Assembly: GCA_965230045.1 (NCBI GenBank)
Contig: OZ245940.1
Coordinates: forward strand, 1,999,403-2,063,402
Length of the DNA stretch: 64,000 nucleotides
From: Bacteroidales bacterium
Lineage (GTDB): Bacteria; Bacteroidota; Bacteroidia; Bacteroidales; WRLA01
Reading direction: 5' to 3'
Position 1 is the stretch's first letter, and each line of letters opens with the position of its first letter. Positions 7,308 to 16,179 of this stretch are shown here, one piece after another. The translations under genes and the position numbers were made by a program. The notes below the pieces were generated by a model, which saw nothing but the letters and a program-made list of their open reading frames with translations, was not told the DNA's origin and searched no databases.

Positions 7308-8270
7308 TCAGAGTTCATCCTGTAGTTTGCTGATTTCTTCCAGGCTTAAGCCGGTGATTTCCCGGATAATATCAATTTCCATATCTTTAAGGAACAGATT
7401 CCTTGCTAAGGATAATTTTTCTTCTTTTCTGCCTTCTTCCCTGCCTTCTTCCCTGCCTTCTTTTCTACCTCTAATAATTCCTTTCTTCTCTCCCTCAATC
7501 AGCCCTTCTTGTTTGCCTTCTTCCCTGCCTTTAATTAGCCCCTTTTCTTCTGCCCAGTCAATGGAGTTTTTGATATCGCGATAGGCATTTAGGCTGAACT
7601 GATATTCTTTGTACTCCTTTGAATCCAAACGGGCAATTTCTGCCGTTTCAAAGAATTTAAGGAAAACCTGTTCCCTCAGTTTTTCAGGCACGCGGTCCAA
7701 GCGGTTTAGGTTTTTGATCACATAAAGCCATTTTTCAAATTTGCTTTCCAGCTCCGATAGCTCCTTGCTGAATTTGGGCATAGCGAGATAAATGTAAGTG
7801 AGCTTGTCGTAGAAAATATCCTTGCTGTCCAAATCACAGATCTTCGCATCGAAACGGTATTTGTCCTCCGGGCTCTCGTCGCCCTTAAACACGAAATCCA
7901 AAATACCAATGGTATAAACGTGCTTGAGCTCAAAATTCCAGTCTTTGCCTTTGTCTTTTGCCTGCTCCTGAATCGGGAAAGTAGAATAAAAAACAGTGCG
8001 ATCCTTGAAATACTTCTGTTCTGCCTTTTGCATTTCCACAATGAAACGCTCGCCCTTTTCGTTTTTGCAGTAAATATCAAAAATAGCCCTGCGGTCGCCC
8101 AAGGCAATCGGCAGGTTTTCGTTGGGCAAATACGACAGCTCCACAATGTTGCCTTCCTGCTCGCGCAACAGCTCGTTCAGGAAATCCTGCAATAAATCCT
8201 TGCTGGGCTCCTCGCCAAACAATCGTTTAAAACCGTAATCCGTAAAAGGATTGATGTATTTTTCTTTCAT
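7308..8270 (-). CDS. Rpn-family recombination-promoting nuclease / PD-(D/E)XK putative transposase
   Basis: N-terminus MKEKYINPFTDYGFKRLFGEE...LLQDFLNELL with IFDIYC...FIVEMQ core. C-terminal E/G/K-rich repeat and LSLEEISKL tail. Confidence 0.85.
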   Translation of the reverse strand: MKEKYINPFTDYGFKRLFGEEPSKDLLQDFLNELLREQEGNIVELSYLPNENLPIALGDRRAIFDIYCKNEKGERFIVEMQKAEQKYFKDRTVFYSTFPIQEQAKDKGKDWNFELKHVYTIGILDFVFKGDESPEDKYRFDAKICDLDSKDIFYDKLTYIYLAMPKFSKELSELESKFEKWLYVIKNLNRLDRVPEKLREQVFLKFFETAEIARLDSKEYKEYQFSLNAYRDIKNSIDWAEEKGLIKGREEGKQEGLIEGEKKGIIRGRKEGREEGREEGRKEEKLSLARNLFLKDMEIDIIREITGLSLEEISKLQDEL

Positions 8271-8381
8271 AGCTAAAGTGCTGGTTCACAAAAATAATAC
8301 ATTATAGGCACTAAAATCAATTTTAGCAAAAGCTTTTTGATATTATGAGAGCACAACAGGCAACTGACCCTTTAAAAGAAT

Positions 8382-8460
8382 AAAGGCACTTCAGGCATCC
8401 AAATCCGGGGCATATTGACCCTTATTTATCGCTTTTTTTTGCCCGGCAACCGATCACAAG
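8382..8460. repeat. 79-bp direct repeat, copy 2 (partner at 6868..6946)
   Basis: Same orientation and near-identical sequence. The two copies bracket the Rpn gene and its truncated paralogue. Confidence 0.8.
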
Positions 8461-8593
8461 ATGGCGAATGATCAATAAAAAAAACGCTGCAACACTCCTG
8501 CAACACATCAACAACATTATTGCACAACTGCTACAGGAGCCTTGCTTATTACGGACACTATGGCAAACGTATCTAAATTTGCTGTTATATTGA

Positions 8594-8873
8594 ATGGATA
8601 TACTCTCTTGTCAAGCTTACCGGAGGACATTTGTCTCCATTATTGGCAAAACAATAAAAGGAGCAAAATCCATGGTAAAAAAAATCCTTATTCACTCATT
8701 AAACGCCTGGGCAGCTGAAAGTGGTCTGGTTTTAGGGCATGTCAAAACGGATGGAAGTCAAATAAGATTACTGCAACTCCAAAATGCTGAATTTACTGAT
8801 GCTGAAAAACGAAAAACCTTGAAATCAGGAGATAAAGGTAAAGTGCCAGAGGCTGGTTTTATGAAAGTACTTA
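8594..8873 (+). pseudogene. ISAs1-family transposase remnant (central fragment only)
   Basis: SIIGKTIKGAKS...ILIHSLNAWAAESGLVLGHVKTDG resembles the ISAs1 segment AIDGKTLRGS...HLVSA...GLVLGQ.KV. The expected KSNEITAIP follows only in another frame (KSNKITATP). The DDE domain is missing and the ORF runs into a MITE. Confidence 0.45.
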
Positions 8874-9015
8874 GTTTCCGTCTATAAAGTCCGCTAACTT
8901 CGTTACGCTTGCCCGAAAAATGCTCATTTACACCAGTAAACTCTGCTTTTTCGGGCTGCGCAAGCCTCGTTATCGAACTTTCTAGCTCAGAAACACGACA
9001 TTATAGACAGACACT
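8874..9015. mobile_element. MITE family A, subtype A2 (inverted), with TSD TACTTA (8868..8873 and 9016..9021)
   Basis: Reverse complement of the copies at 29407..29547 and 51103..51243. A perfect 6-bp duplication flanks it. Confidence 0.85.
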
Positions 9016-9107
9016 ACTTAATTAATGATGCGTTGCCTTATTAAAATTGTTCCACCGTTTTGGTAATTCGGTTTTATCCTTTTACCTTTACAAACAAACG
9101 AACTCTT

Positions 9108-10124
9108 ATGTCACGAAAGATTGTAATGCTTGTTGATGAGCGGACACTGCCAAACCTGCAGTTTATACATGAATTTGGCGCCGGTGCAGATGAATACATC
9201 TTTATAACCACCCGAAAAATGGAAGTGCCGGACGCCAATCGGGTGAACTGGATTATAAAATCTGCTGGAATTGATGATGAAAAATGTAGCCGGCTGGTAT
9301 GTGACCCTCACGGTATTAGCCAAACTTCCCAGCAACTTTCAGGTTTGAACCTTGATTTGGCTAATGAGTACCTGGTGCATATTACTTGCGGAACAAAAAT
9401 TATGGCTTTGGCGGCCTATAGTTTTTTCGGTCGTTTCCCGAAAGCAAGGATTATCTTCAGCTTTTTGGGTGAAGGCTCATACCGTCAGCTCCATCCGCAT
9501 ATTACGAGGGCGGAGCATGAATATAAAACCAAACCCTCGCTCAAAGCTTCATTGCTTGCGCATGGGTTAAAAATAGCTTTTGCAGACAGGAAGCTAACAG
9601 ATGCAGGCATGGGGCGTCATTTGATGGATGAATGCATCAAAAACAATAACCGTCAAAACCATATTCCTGAGATACGAAAGGCCATGAAATGCATCACGCC
9701 CGAAGAGCGATCCTATTTTAGCGGAGGTTGGTTTGAAGAATATGTTTATGATCGTATCAAAACTGAGTTGAAACTGGCTGATGATCAGATTGCTATGAAA
9801 GTAAGCGTGCGAAAAGCAGAAGTTTATAATGAGTTTGATGTGATTTTCCTCTACCGTGACCGCATTCATGTGGTAGAGTGCAAAGCATATTTTTCACGGC
9901 ATAACCTCAAAACAAAGGTAGAAGGAGCTTTGTATAAACTGGGTGCTTTGGATGATAAATTTGGCATGAACACCCGATCTTTGTTTTTTACAAACCTTGA
10001 TTTTGCGCGTGACGATATCCGTTTGAATGAAGTGTTGCGGGCACGGGCCAAGGACCTGAAGGTGCGCTTTGTTGATATGTCGGATATACGGGAAAGGCGC
10101 CTGAACCTTTCCGTACATGAATAA
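9108..10124 (+). CDS. CARF-like domain + PD-(D/E)XK nuclease protein (Card1/Can2-like, DUF1887-type)
   Basis: N-terminus KIVMLVDERTLPNLQFI...EYIFITT follows the DUF1887/CARF start pattern. C-terminal nuclease core EFDVIFLYRDRIHVVECKAY (nt 9831..9890). The ATG at 9108 is preferred over the TTG at 9060. Confidence 0.7.
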   Translation: MSRKIVMLVDERTLPNLQFIHEFGAGADEYIFITTRKMEVPDANRVNWIIKSAGIDDEKCSRLVCDPHGISQTSQQLSGLNLDLANEYLVHITCGTKIMALAAYSFFGRFPKARIIFSFLGEGSYRQLHPHITRAEHEYKTKPSLKASLLAHGLKIAFADRKLTDAGMGRHLMDECIKNNNRQNHIPEIRKAMKCITPEERSYFSGGWFEEYVYDRIKTELKLADDQIAMKVSVRKAEVYNEFDVIFLYRDRIHVVECKAYFSRHNLKTKVEGALYKLGALDDKFGMNTRSLFFTNLDFARDDIRLNEVLRARAKDLKVRFVDMSDIRERRLNLSVHE

Positions 10125-10176
10125 AAAAAGCACCTGTAATAGTTGCAGATGCTTTTTGGTGGAATAAATGTCTTGC

Positions 10177-10812
10177 TTATTTTTTTGCCAGGTAAGATGA
10201 AACTCCTTCCTGAGTTGGTTTCATTGCTTCATCACCTTTGTGCCAGTCGGCAGGGCAAACTTCACCGTTTTCTTCGAAGAACTGAAGTGCATCGATCATG
10301 CGGAGCGTTTCCTCAACACTTCTGCCCAGTGGCATATCATTAACAACCTGATGACGCACAACGCCTTGCTTGTCGATGAGGAAAAGACCACGATACGAAA
10401 CGGCTTCACCATCAAATGTGCTCAGGTCGTCCTCTTCATCATAATCATATTCACCGGCCAAAACATCGTAATTTTCTGATATAGTTTTGCTTAGGTCAGA
10501 AACCAGGGGAAATTTTACGCCTTGGATCCCGCCTTTGTTTTTTTCGGTATTTAACCAGGCAAAATGGGAAAATTTTGAATCAACGGAACAGCCAACAACA
10601 GCTACATTGCGTTTTTCAAATTCTTCTATTTTATCCTGAAATGCAATGATTTCGGTAGGACAGACAAAAGTGAAATCGGCAGGGTAGAAGAAGAAAATGA
10701 CGTGTTTTTTCCCAATAAATTGCTCCAATGAAAATTTTTCGACGAATTCGCAGCCGTTAATCACAGCATCTGCTTCGAAATGAGGGGCTTTTTTACCAAC
10801 TAATACGGACAT
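10177..10812 (-). CDS. Typical 2-Cys peroxiredoxin (AhpC/Prx1 family)
   Basis: FFFYPADFTFVCPTEI peroxidatic Cys motif and GEVCPADW resolving Cys motif. Confidence 0.95.
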   Translation of the reverse strand: MSVLVGKKAPHFEADAVINGCEFVEKFSLEQFIGKKHVIFFFYPADFTFVCPTEIIAFQDKIEEFEKRNVAVVGCSVDSKFSHFAWLNTEKNKGGIQGVKFPLVSDLSKTISENYDVLAGEYDYDEEDDLSTFDGEAVSYRGLFLIDKQGVVRHQVVNDMPLGRSVEETLRMIDALQFFEENGEVCPADWHKGDEAMKPTQEGVSSYLAKK

Positions 10813-10920
10813 AATTCTTGTAATTTTGTTTTTTATTGATTTTCTGTTCTTTAGATATTACAAATCTACAAATTTATTGTTTTTCCACACTGCATTAACA
10901 AGCAAAGCAGTCAGTTGTTT

Positions 10921-12405
10921 TTAGTTTAACAGGTTTTTTTCATCGAACTCGATGGTGCTGTTGTTTCTGAAGTTGAAGAGGGTCAGCTTTCGCACAGTAT
11001 AGTAGTATTGCCAATAGGTTTCCAGGGCATTGTAATACGATATTTTTGACCGATCGAAACTTTGCTGAGCTTCGGTAAGTTTAAGCACATCATTAATTTT
11101 ACCGATCATATAGCGTTTGCGGGTGATTTCATAGCTTTTGCGCGCAACGGTATCGGCTTTGGCTGCGATGGTCAGAAGTTGGTTCTGCATATTGAAATTA
11201 GCAGTTTGAAGGTATATATTTTGTTCAAAATCAATCCGTTCCTGTTCAACCCTGATATATTCCAGTTCACGGCCTGATTCTGCCATTTTAATTCTTCCTT
11301 TGGATCTTCCCCAGTCCAGAATTGGAACAGATATCCCTACATTTACCTGCTGTTGGTCTAGTGGTTTTTTATATGCATCAGAAAGTTCTTCAGCAGATTG
11401 AGTCAATCCGAAAACGGCATAGATATTAGCGTCAAAGCGTCCCTGCATTTTTGCATAATTCAGGCTTTTGTCCGCTTCCAGGAGCCTTCGCTCAAACTCC
11501 ATGCCGCTGGATGTATTGGTGTGGGCAAGCTCAATGGCTTCTTCAATATTAACCTGAAATGGATTGCTTTCTGCAGGTGGGATGAGCTTTACCTCGAGAT
11601 TATGGGGCAATCGCAGGAAGCTCAGGAATCTTTGTAACTGGCTGTTGTAATTGAGTTTGGCCTGCTCCAGGTCTGATTGGGCGTTTAAAAGTTTTAGCTC
11701 CAAATTAAGTACTTCATCTTCAGAGGTTTTGCCCATATTGTAACGGCCTTTGCCAATAAAAAACAAAGTGTCATAATATGCAACATTTTCTTCCGCAATA
11801 TCGGTTTGTACCTGTGCGACCAGCAAATTAAAAAAGTTTCTAATGGATGTCAGTGCCACATCCTCCATGTCTTCCAAATATACGCGTTTCGCCTTTTCAT
11901 ATTTTAAAGGCTCAATCCTTTTTGCCCATTTATAATCGTTGTACTGAAAGATAGGTTGGTTATAGCTGATATTGACGGGTGTGCTCAGGTAACTTGTTTG
12001 CGTGATGGTATCAAAAATATTATCGGTTCGCCTTAATCCGCTGTTGAGTGATATAACCCCACCGGTTAGCCCAATATTTTGCTGCAGTGAAAGTTGTCCG
12101 GAAAAAGAGGTGTATTTCTGTTCTTTGTATTCGATGGTTCCATCCGGCTGCGTAACCTCATTAATTGCCCTGTTAAAATTTGGAAGGGTGGCATCAACAC
12201 TGAGCAAGGGGAGGTAATTTGCTTTAAAAGTTCGGAATTCCCAAAAGCTTTGCCTGAATGTATGCTTGGCAATCAAAGCAATGTTGGACCTTTGTTGGGC
12301 AACTGTTATTACTTCATCAAGAGTAAAAACCCGTTCTTCCTGTGCCTTTACAAAAGGGCAGGAGAGGAGTATGAGCAGGATGGTCAGTATATTTAATATT
12401 TTCAT
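10921..12405 (-). CDS. TolC-family outer-membrane efflux protein
   Basis: Signal peptide and two-repeat coiled-coil/beta-barrel pattern. Last gene of the MFP-permease-OMP operon. Confidence 0.85.
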   Translation of the reverse strand: MKILNILTILLILLSCPFVKAQEERVFTLDEVITVAQQRSNIALIAKHTFRQSFWEFRTFKANYLPLLSVDATLPNFNRAINEVTQPDGTIEYKEQKYTSFSGQLSLQQNIGLTGGVISLNSGLRRTDNIFDTITQTSYLSTPVNISYNQPIFQYNDYKWAKRIEPLKYEKAKRVYLEDMEDVALTSIRNFFNLLVAQVQTDIAEENVAYYDTLFFIGKGRYNMGKTSEDEVLNLELKLLNAQSDLEQAKLNYNSQLQRFLSFLRLPHNLEVKLIPPAESNPFQVNIEEAIELAHTNTSSGMEFERRLLEADKSLNYAKMQGRFDANIYAVFGLTQSAEELSDAYKKPLDQQQVNVGISVPILDWGRSKGRIKMAESGRELEYIRVEQERIDFEQNIYLQTANFNMQNQLLTIAAKADTVARKSYEITRKRYMIGKINDVLKLTEAQQSFDRSKISYYNALETYWQYYYTVRKLTLFNFRNNSTIEFDEKNLLN

Positions 12406-12438
12406 TTTAATCTGTTTCTTGGGTTAAATTAAAAGGGA

Positions 12439-13797
12439 TTAATCGTGGCGCAATGAGGTTACCGGATCCTGTTCCGATGCCCTTTTTGCGGGCATATAGC
12501 CAAACAATATTCCTACACCGGCCGATACGCCAAACGAAATCACAATGCTTACCACACTGATGATGGTCAGGATACCGGTTATTTTCATAATGAGTTTGGC
12601 GAAAATAACACCGAGCAAAATACCGATGATACCCCCAGCCAGGCTGATGAGTGTAGATTCCATCAGGAACTGCATCACGATATCCCGCTTACGGGCGCCA
12701 ATAGCAAGCCGCACTCCAATTTCGCGGATACGTTCCATCACGGATGCCAGCATAATATTCATAATCCCAATGCCGCCCACAATCAGCGAAATACTGGCAA
12801 TGGCGCCAAGCACGATATTGAAAATATCTTTGGTGCGTTGTTCTTGCTTAAGCAGAAGCTCGGGAATAGTGATTTCAAAATCCTGTGCCCCGGAATGCCT
12901 GCGCAGGATCATCCGGCTCAAAACTTCCGCAGTAGGACTGAGGTAGCGGCTGTCCGTTACCTGCACGGTAATTTTATCGAGCTGGTTGCGGTTGCTCTCT
13001 TCGGTAGAAGATGAACTTCGCCTTCGTCCCCTGCGGGATATTGATTCGCTGGTGATCCTGGCCCGGTCATTATATCTGCTCAATACACTTGTCAGGGGCG
13101 CAAATACATCATTTTGACTCAAATCCATACCGAGCTCGCTGAGCTTGCCCGATGTGTTCAAATCTTTGATGATTCCGCACACTGTAAACCAGATGTCTCC
13201 GCATTTGATGCTTTTCCCAATTGGGTCTTCCTTTTGAAAAAGGCGTGCGCTGAGTTTCTGGCCAATCACACAGACGGGTTTGTCTGATTTCATATGCTGT
13301 TCATCAAAGAAATGCCCTTTGATCAGTTCATGGCCAAAAACGTCAAAATAATTTGGGGTAACTCCTTTTAATGTGGCTTTGCTTTTGTTTCCTGCTCGGA
13401 TAACGGTAGTGTTATAACTTACTTCGGGGCAAACATTTAGTGCTGTGGGCACATTCTGTTCAATAGCAATTGCTTCTTCCATGCTGAGGCCACGGGAAAG
13501 TTTGCCCATATTTTTTCCCTGGTCTTCATTGCCTGAATCGGAATCGGAATCAGAGTCGGAATCGGAATTTTCATCATCGCTCCTGGCGTTATCTGTTTTA
13601 GCCGAGATAATGATGTTGTTGACACCCACAAGTTTCATTTGGTCGAGGATTTCCTTTTGTGCCCCTTTGCCGATGGATAACATGGCAATAACGGCAGCAA
13701 CGCCAAAAATAATGCCCAAAGTAGTGAGCAGACTGCGGGTTTTATTGGCGATTACGGCCTCAAGAGCAATCAGGAGGATTTGTATGAAGCGTTCCAT
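12439..13797 (-). CDS. MacB-type ABC transporter permease (MacB periplasmic domain + FtsX) with an SD-rich insertion
   Basis: N-terminus ANKTRSLLTTLGIIFGVAAVIAM. C-terminus FtsX-like EIGVRLAIGARKRDI...PAKRASEQDPVTSLR. Insert is SDDENSDSDSDSDSDSGNEDQ. Confidence 0.9.
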   Translation of the reverse strand: MERFIQILLIALEAVIANKTRSLLTTLGIIFGVAAVIAMLSIGKGAQKEILDQMKLVGVNNIIISAKTDNARSDDENSDSDSDSDSDSGNEDQGKNMGKLSRGLSMEEAIAIEQNVPTALNVCPEVSYNTTVIRAGNKSKATLKGVTPNYFDVFGHELIKGHFFDEQHMKSDKPVCVIGQKLSARLFQKEDPIGKSIKCGDIWFTVCGIIKDLNTSGKLSELGMDLSQNDVFAPLTSVLSRYNDRARITSESISRRGRRRSSSSTEESNRNQLDKITVQVTDSRYLSPTAEVLSRMILRRHSGAQDFEITIPELLLKQEQRTKDIFNIVLGAIASISLIVGGIGIMNIMLASVMERIREIGVRLAIGARKRDIVMQFLMESTLISLAGGIIGILLGVIFAKLIMKITGILTIISVVSIVISFGVSAGVGILFGYMPAKRASEQDPVTSLRHD

Positions 13798-13809
13798 ATT
13801 GTCCTCCTT

Positions 13810-15054
13810 TTATTGTTTTTTGTTCAGCAATCGTAGTTTGAAATCTTCAGGATCCTGCGGCATCGAAAGATATACGGTTTGGCCTTCTTCCAGTCCTTCC
13901 TCAATGACAATTGCATCGGAGTTGCTGGCCCCTGTTATGACTTCCTGCTTATTGCTTTTTGTGAAAACGTACGTCATGGAATCATTGCTGTGCACGCATT
14001 CCAGCGGCAGGAAAAGGACATCATCCAAAATATCGGTGATAATGGTGACCTGGGTAGTCATTGCGGGTTTCAGGATGGAATCAGATTCGTTCAGGTCGAT
14101 GATAACTTCATAAACCTTTGCGGTTGAATTGCGCAATTGCTCGCCGATATTGGCAACGGAAACAACATTTCCTGTATAGCTTTTTTCGGGGAAGGCATCA
14201 ATGCCAATGGTTGCCTCCTGCTTTTCACTCAGCTTGCTGATATCTATTTCGTTAACATAGGTTTTGGTAATCATCATGCTCAGGTCGGGCAATTTGGCTA
14301 CGATGGGGTCCCAGGGGCTAACCGATGAGCCGGTTTCAATTTTTCCGCGCCAGCCTTTGTGGTAAATCACCATTCCGGGCTGGGGTGCCATAATGGTGAA
14401 ATTGGCCATGGCACGCATGTATTTTTCCACTTTGAGTTTTTGTGAGTTCAGGTCGGCCTGTACTTCACGCACCTCTGCTTTGGCTTTGGTGATTTGCAAA
14501 TCATAATTGTTTTTCATTTGCCTGAAAGCCCGTTGCGATTTTTCCAGGGCAATTTGCGCCTGCCTTTGGGTTGCCGGTGGTTCGTAAATAGACTGTTCCA
14601 CTTCAATTTTCTTTTCTTCCAATTCAAATTCCTGATTGATGAGGTTGTTGCGCAATTCACGCATCCGCAGCGAAGTGTCGATCATCTTTTGTTCCAGCTG
14701 GCTTTCAAGTTTCGTAATTTCATTGTCCAGCTCTTTCATCCGGTTGGCAATGGGTGTTTTGTCGAGTTGGGCAACAAATTCCCCTGAATCTACTACCGTA
14801 CCTTCTGCAATGAGTTTATCAATTTTAATATCATCATAGAATCCGAGGCTTCGGAGGATATTGGATTCAAAACGGATATCGGTAGAATTTTTGGCTTCCA
14901 GTTCTCCGGTTGTACGCACATCAATAACGAATTCGCCTTTTTTAACATTGGTGAAAATGTCTTCTTTCTGGCTGCCGTCTGAACCGCCAATAAGAAAGGC
15001 CAGGATTAGGATTACAGCAACAGATGCCAGGATGATCCAGTTTCTTTTATTCAT
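13810..15054 (-). CDS. Efflux periplasmic adaptor (HlyD/MacA-type membrane fusion protein)
   Basis: N-terminal anchor, long coiled-coil segment, beta-barrel C-terminus. Operonic with the permease. Confidence 0.85.
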   Translation of the reverse strand: MNKRNWIILASVAVILILAFLIGGSDGSQKEDIFTNVKKGEFVIDVRTTGELEAKNSTDIRFESNILRSLGFYDDIKIDKLIAEGTVVDSGEFVAQLDKTPIANRMKELDNEITKLESQLEQKMIDTSLRMRELRNNLINQEFELEEKKIEVEQSIYEPPATQRQAQIALEKSQRAFRQMKNNYDLQITKAKAEVREVQADLNSQKLKVEKYMRAMANFTIMAPQPGMVIYHKGWRGKIETGSSVSPWDPIVAKLPDLSMMITKTYVNEIDISKLSEKQEATIGIDAFPEKSYTGNVVSVANIGEQLRNSTAKVYEVIIDLNESDSILKPAMTTQVTIITDILDDVLFLPLECVHSNDSMTYVFTKSNKQEVITGASNSDAIVIEEGLEEGQTVYLSMPQDPEDFKLRLLNKKQ

Positions 15055-15209
15055 TCCTTTAGTATTAGATTTAAAACTCTTTTATGATTGCGAAAGGGAA
15101 ATTTAGGTCAAAGTAAGCTATTTCTCTTTATTTTGTCAAATTTTTCTTATTATTTCTTTTGGCGAATATTTTATTTGGACATTTATAAGCCAAAACCACA
15201 GGCAAGAGC

Positions 15210-15240
15210 AAAAAAAAGCTGCCTCCGGAAGAGAGGCAGC
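15210..15240 (-). terminator. Rho-independent terminator downstream of tsf
   Basis: On the minus strand: gctgcctc-tcttccg-gaggcagc followed by T8. Confidence 0.7.
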
Positions 15241-15265
15241 CTTATGTTTTTGAGTTGTTTCGGAA

Positions 15266-16099
15266 TTAACCGTCGAGGCCAACACGTTTGAAATTAACTA
15301 CTTTAAGGTCTTTGTTAACTTCTTTAAGATATTGGCTTACAGATTTTTTGGTGTCTTTGATGAAATCCTGCTCAGCAAGAGTATTGTCTTTGAAGAAACG
15401 CTGGAGTTTTCCCTGAGCGATTTTTTCAATAATTTGTTCCGGTTTGCCTTCCTGAATGGCTTGCTCGCGGCCTACCTTGAGTTCACGTTCTTTTACTTCA
15501 TCAGAAACGCTGTCTTTATCAACGGCAACAGGATTCATAGCAGCAACCTGCATCGCGAGGTCGTGACCTGCTTCTGCTTCCTGCTCGCCATTTTGGTTTA
15601 AAGCAACAAGGGTTGCAATGCGGTTACCGTGGTGGTTATAACCTGCAACGAGTTCTGACTCGAGGCATTCCATTGCGCCGAGGTCGATTTTTTCGCCAAT
15701 TGTACCCGTAAGGTCTGTTACGTGATCAGCGATAGTGCGGCCTTCGATTTCCATTCCCTTAAGTTCGTCAAGGGTTTTGGCTTTATTTTCGATAGATACT
15801 GCAGAAACTTTTTTAGCGAAATCAATGAAATCCTGGTTTTTCGCTACGAAATCTGTTTCGCAGTTCAGCATAATAATTGTACCAAAAGTTTTGTCTTCGT
15901 TGATTTTTGCGAAAACAAATCCTTCGCCAGCCTCGCGGTCGGCACGTTTTGCAGCAACCTTCTGACCTTTTTTGCGGAGGTAATCGATTGCTTTTTCGAA
16001 ATCACCGTCAGTTTCAACAAGCGCCTTCTTACAGTCCATCATTCCTGCGCCTGTGGTTTTCCTGAGCTTATTAACTTCAGCTGCTGTAATTTTTGCCAT
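15266..16099 (-). CDS. tsf: Translation elongation factor Ts
   Basis: MAKITAAEVNKLRKTTGAGMMDCKKAL... is the canonical EF-Ts N-terminus. Located downstream of rpsB. Confidence 0.97.
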   Translation of the reverse strand: MAKITAAEVNKLRKTTGAGMMDCKKALVETDGDFEKAIDYLRKKGQKVAAKRADREAGEGFVFAKINEDKTFGTIIMLNCETDFVAKNQDFIDFAKKVSAVSIENKAKTLDELKGMEIEGRTIADHVTDLTGTIGEKIDLGAMECLESELVAGYNHHGNRIATLVALNQNGEQEAEAGHDLAMQVAAMNPVAVDKDSVSDEVKERELKVGREQAIQEGKPEQIIEKIAQGKLQRFFKDNTLAEQDFIKDTKKSVSQYLKEVNKDLKVVNFKRVGLDG

Positions 16100-16179
16100 T
16101 ATTTATGGGTTTTAAACAGAAAATACGTGCTAAGGAACACGTATTTTCGAGGGTTTATTAATTATTTTATAAAATACGA

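Noticed and set aside
7303-7584. Short tandem DNA repeats (ccttcttccctg-type) and a 93-aa plus-strand ORF; checked as a possible CRISPR-like or tandem repeat
   Set aside because: The repeats encode the E/G/K-rich C-terminal tail of the minus-strand Rpn protein. The units are contiguous with no spacers, and the plus-strand ORF is low-complexity antisense.
8594-8887. Intact 97-aa gene
   Set aside because: The sequence matches only an internal piece of ISAs1-type transposases, changes frame at the KSNEITAIP-equivalent position and ends inside a MITE. It was called a pseudogene fragment.
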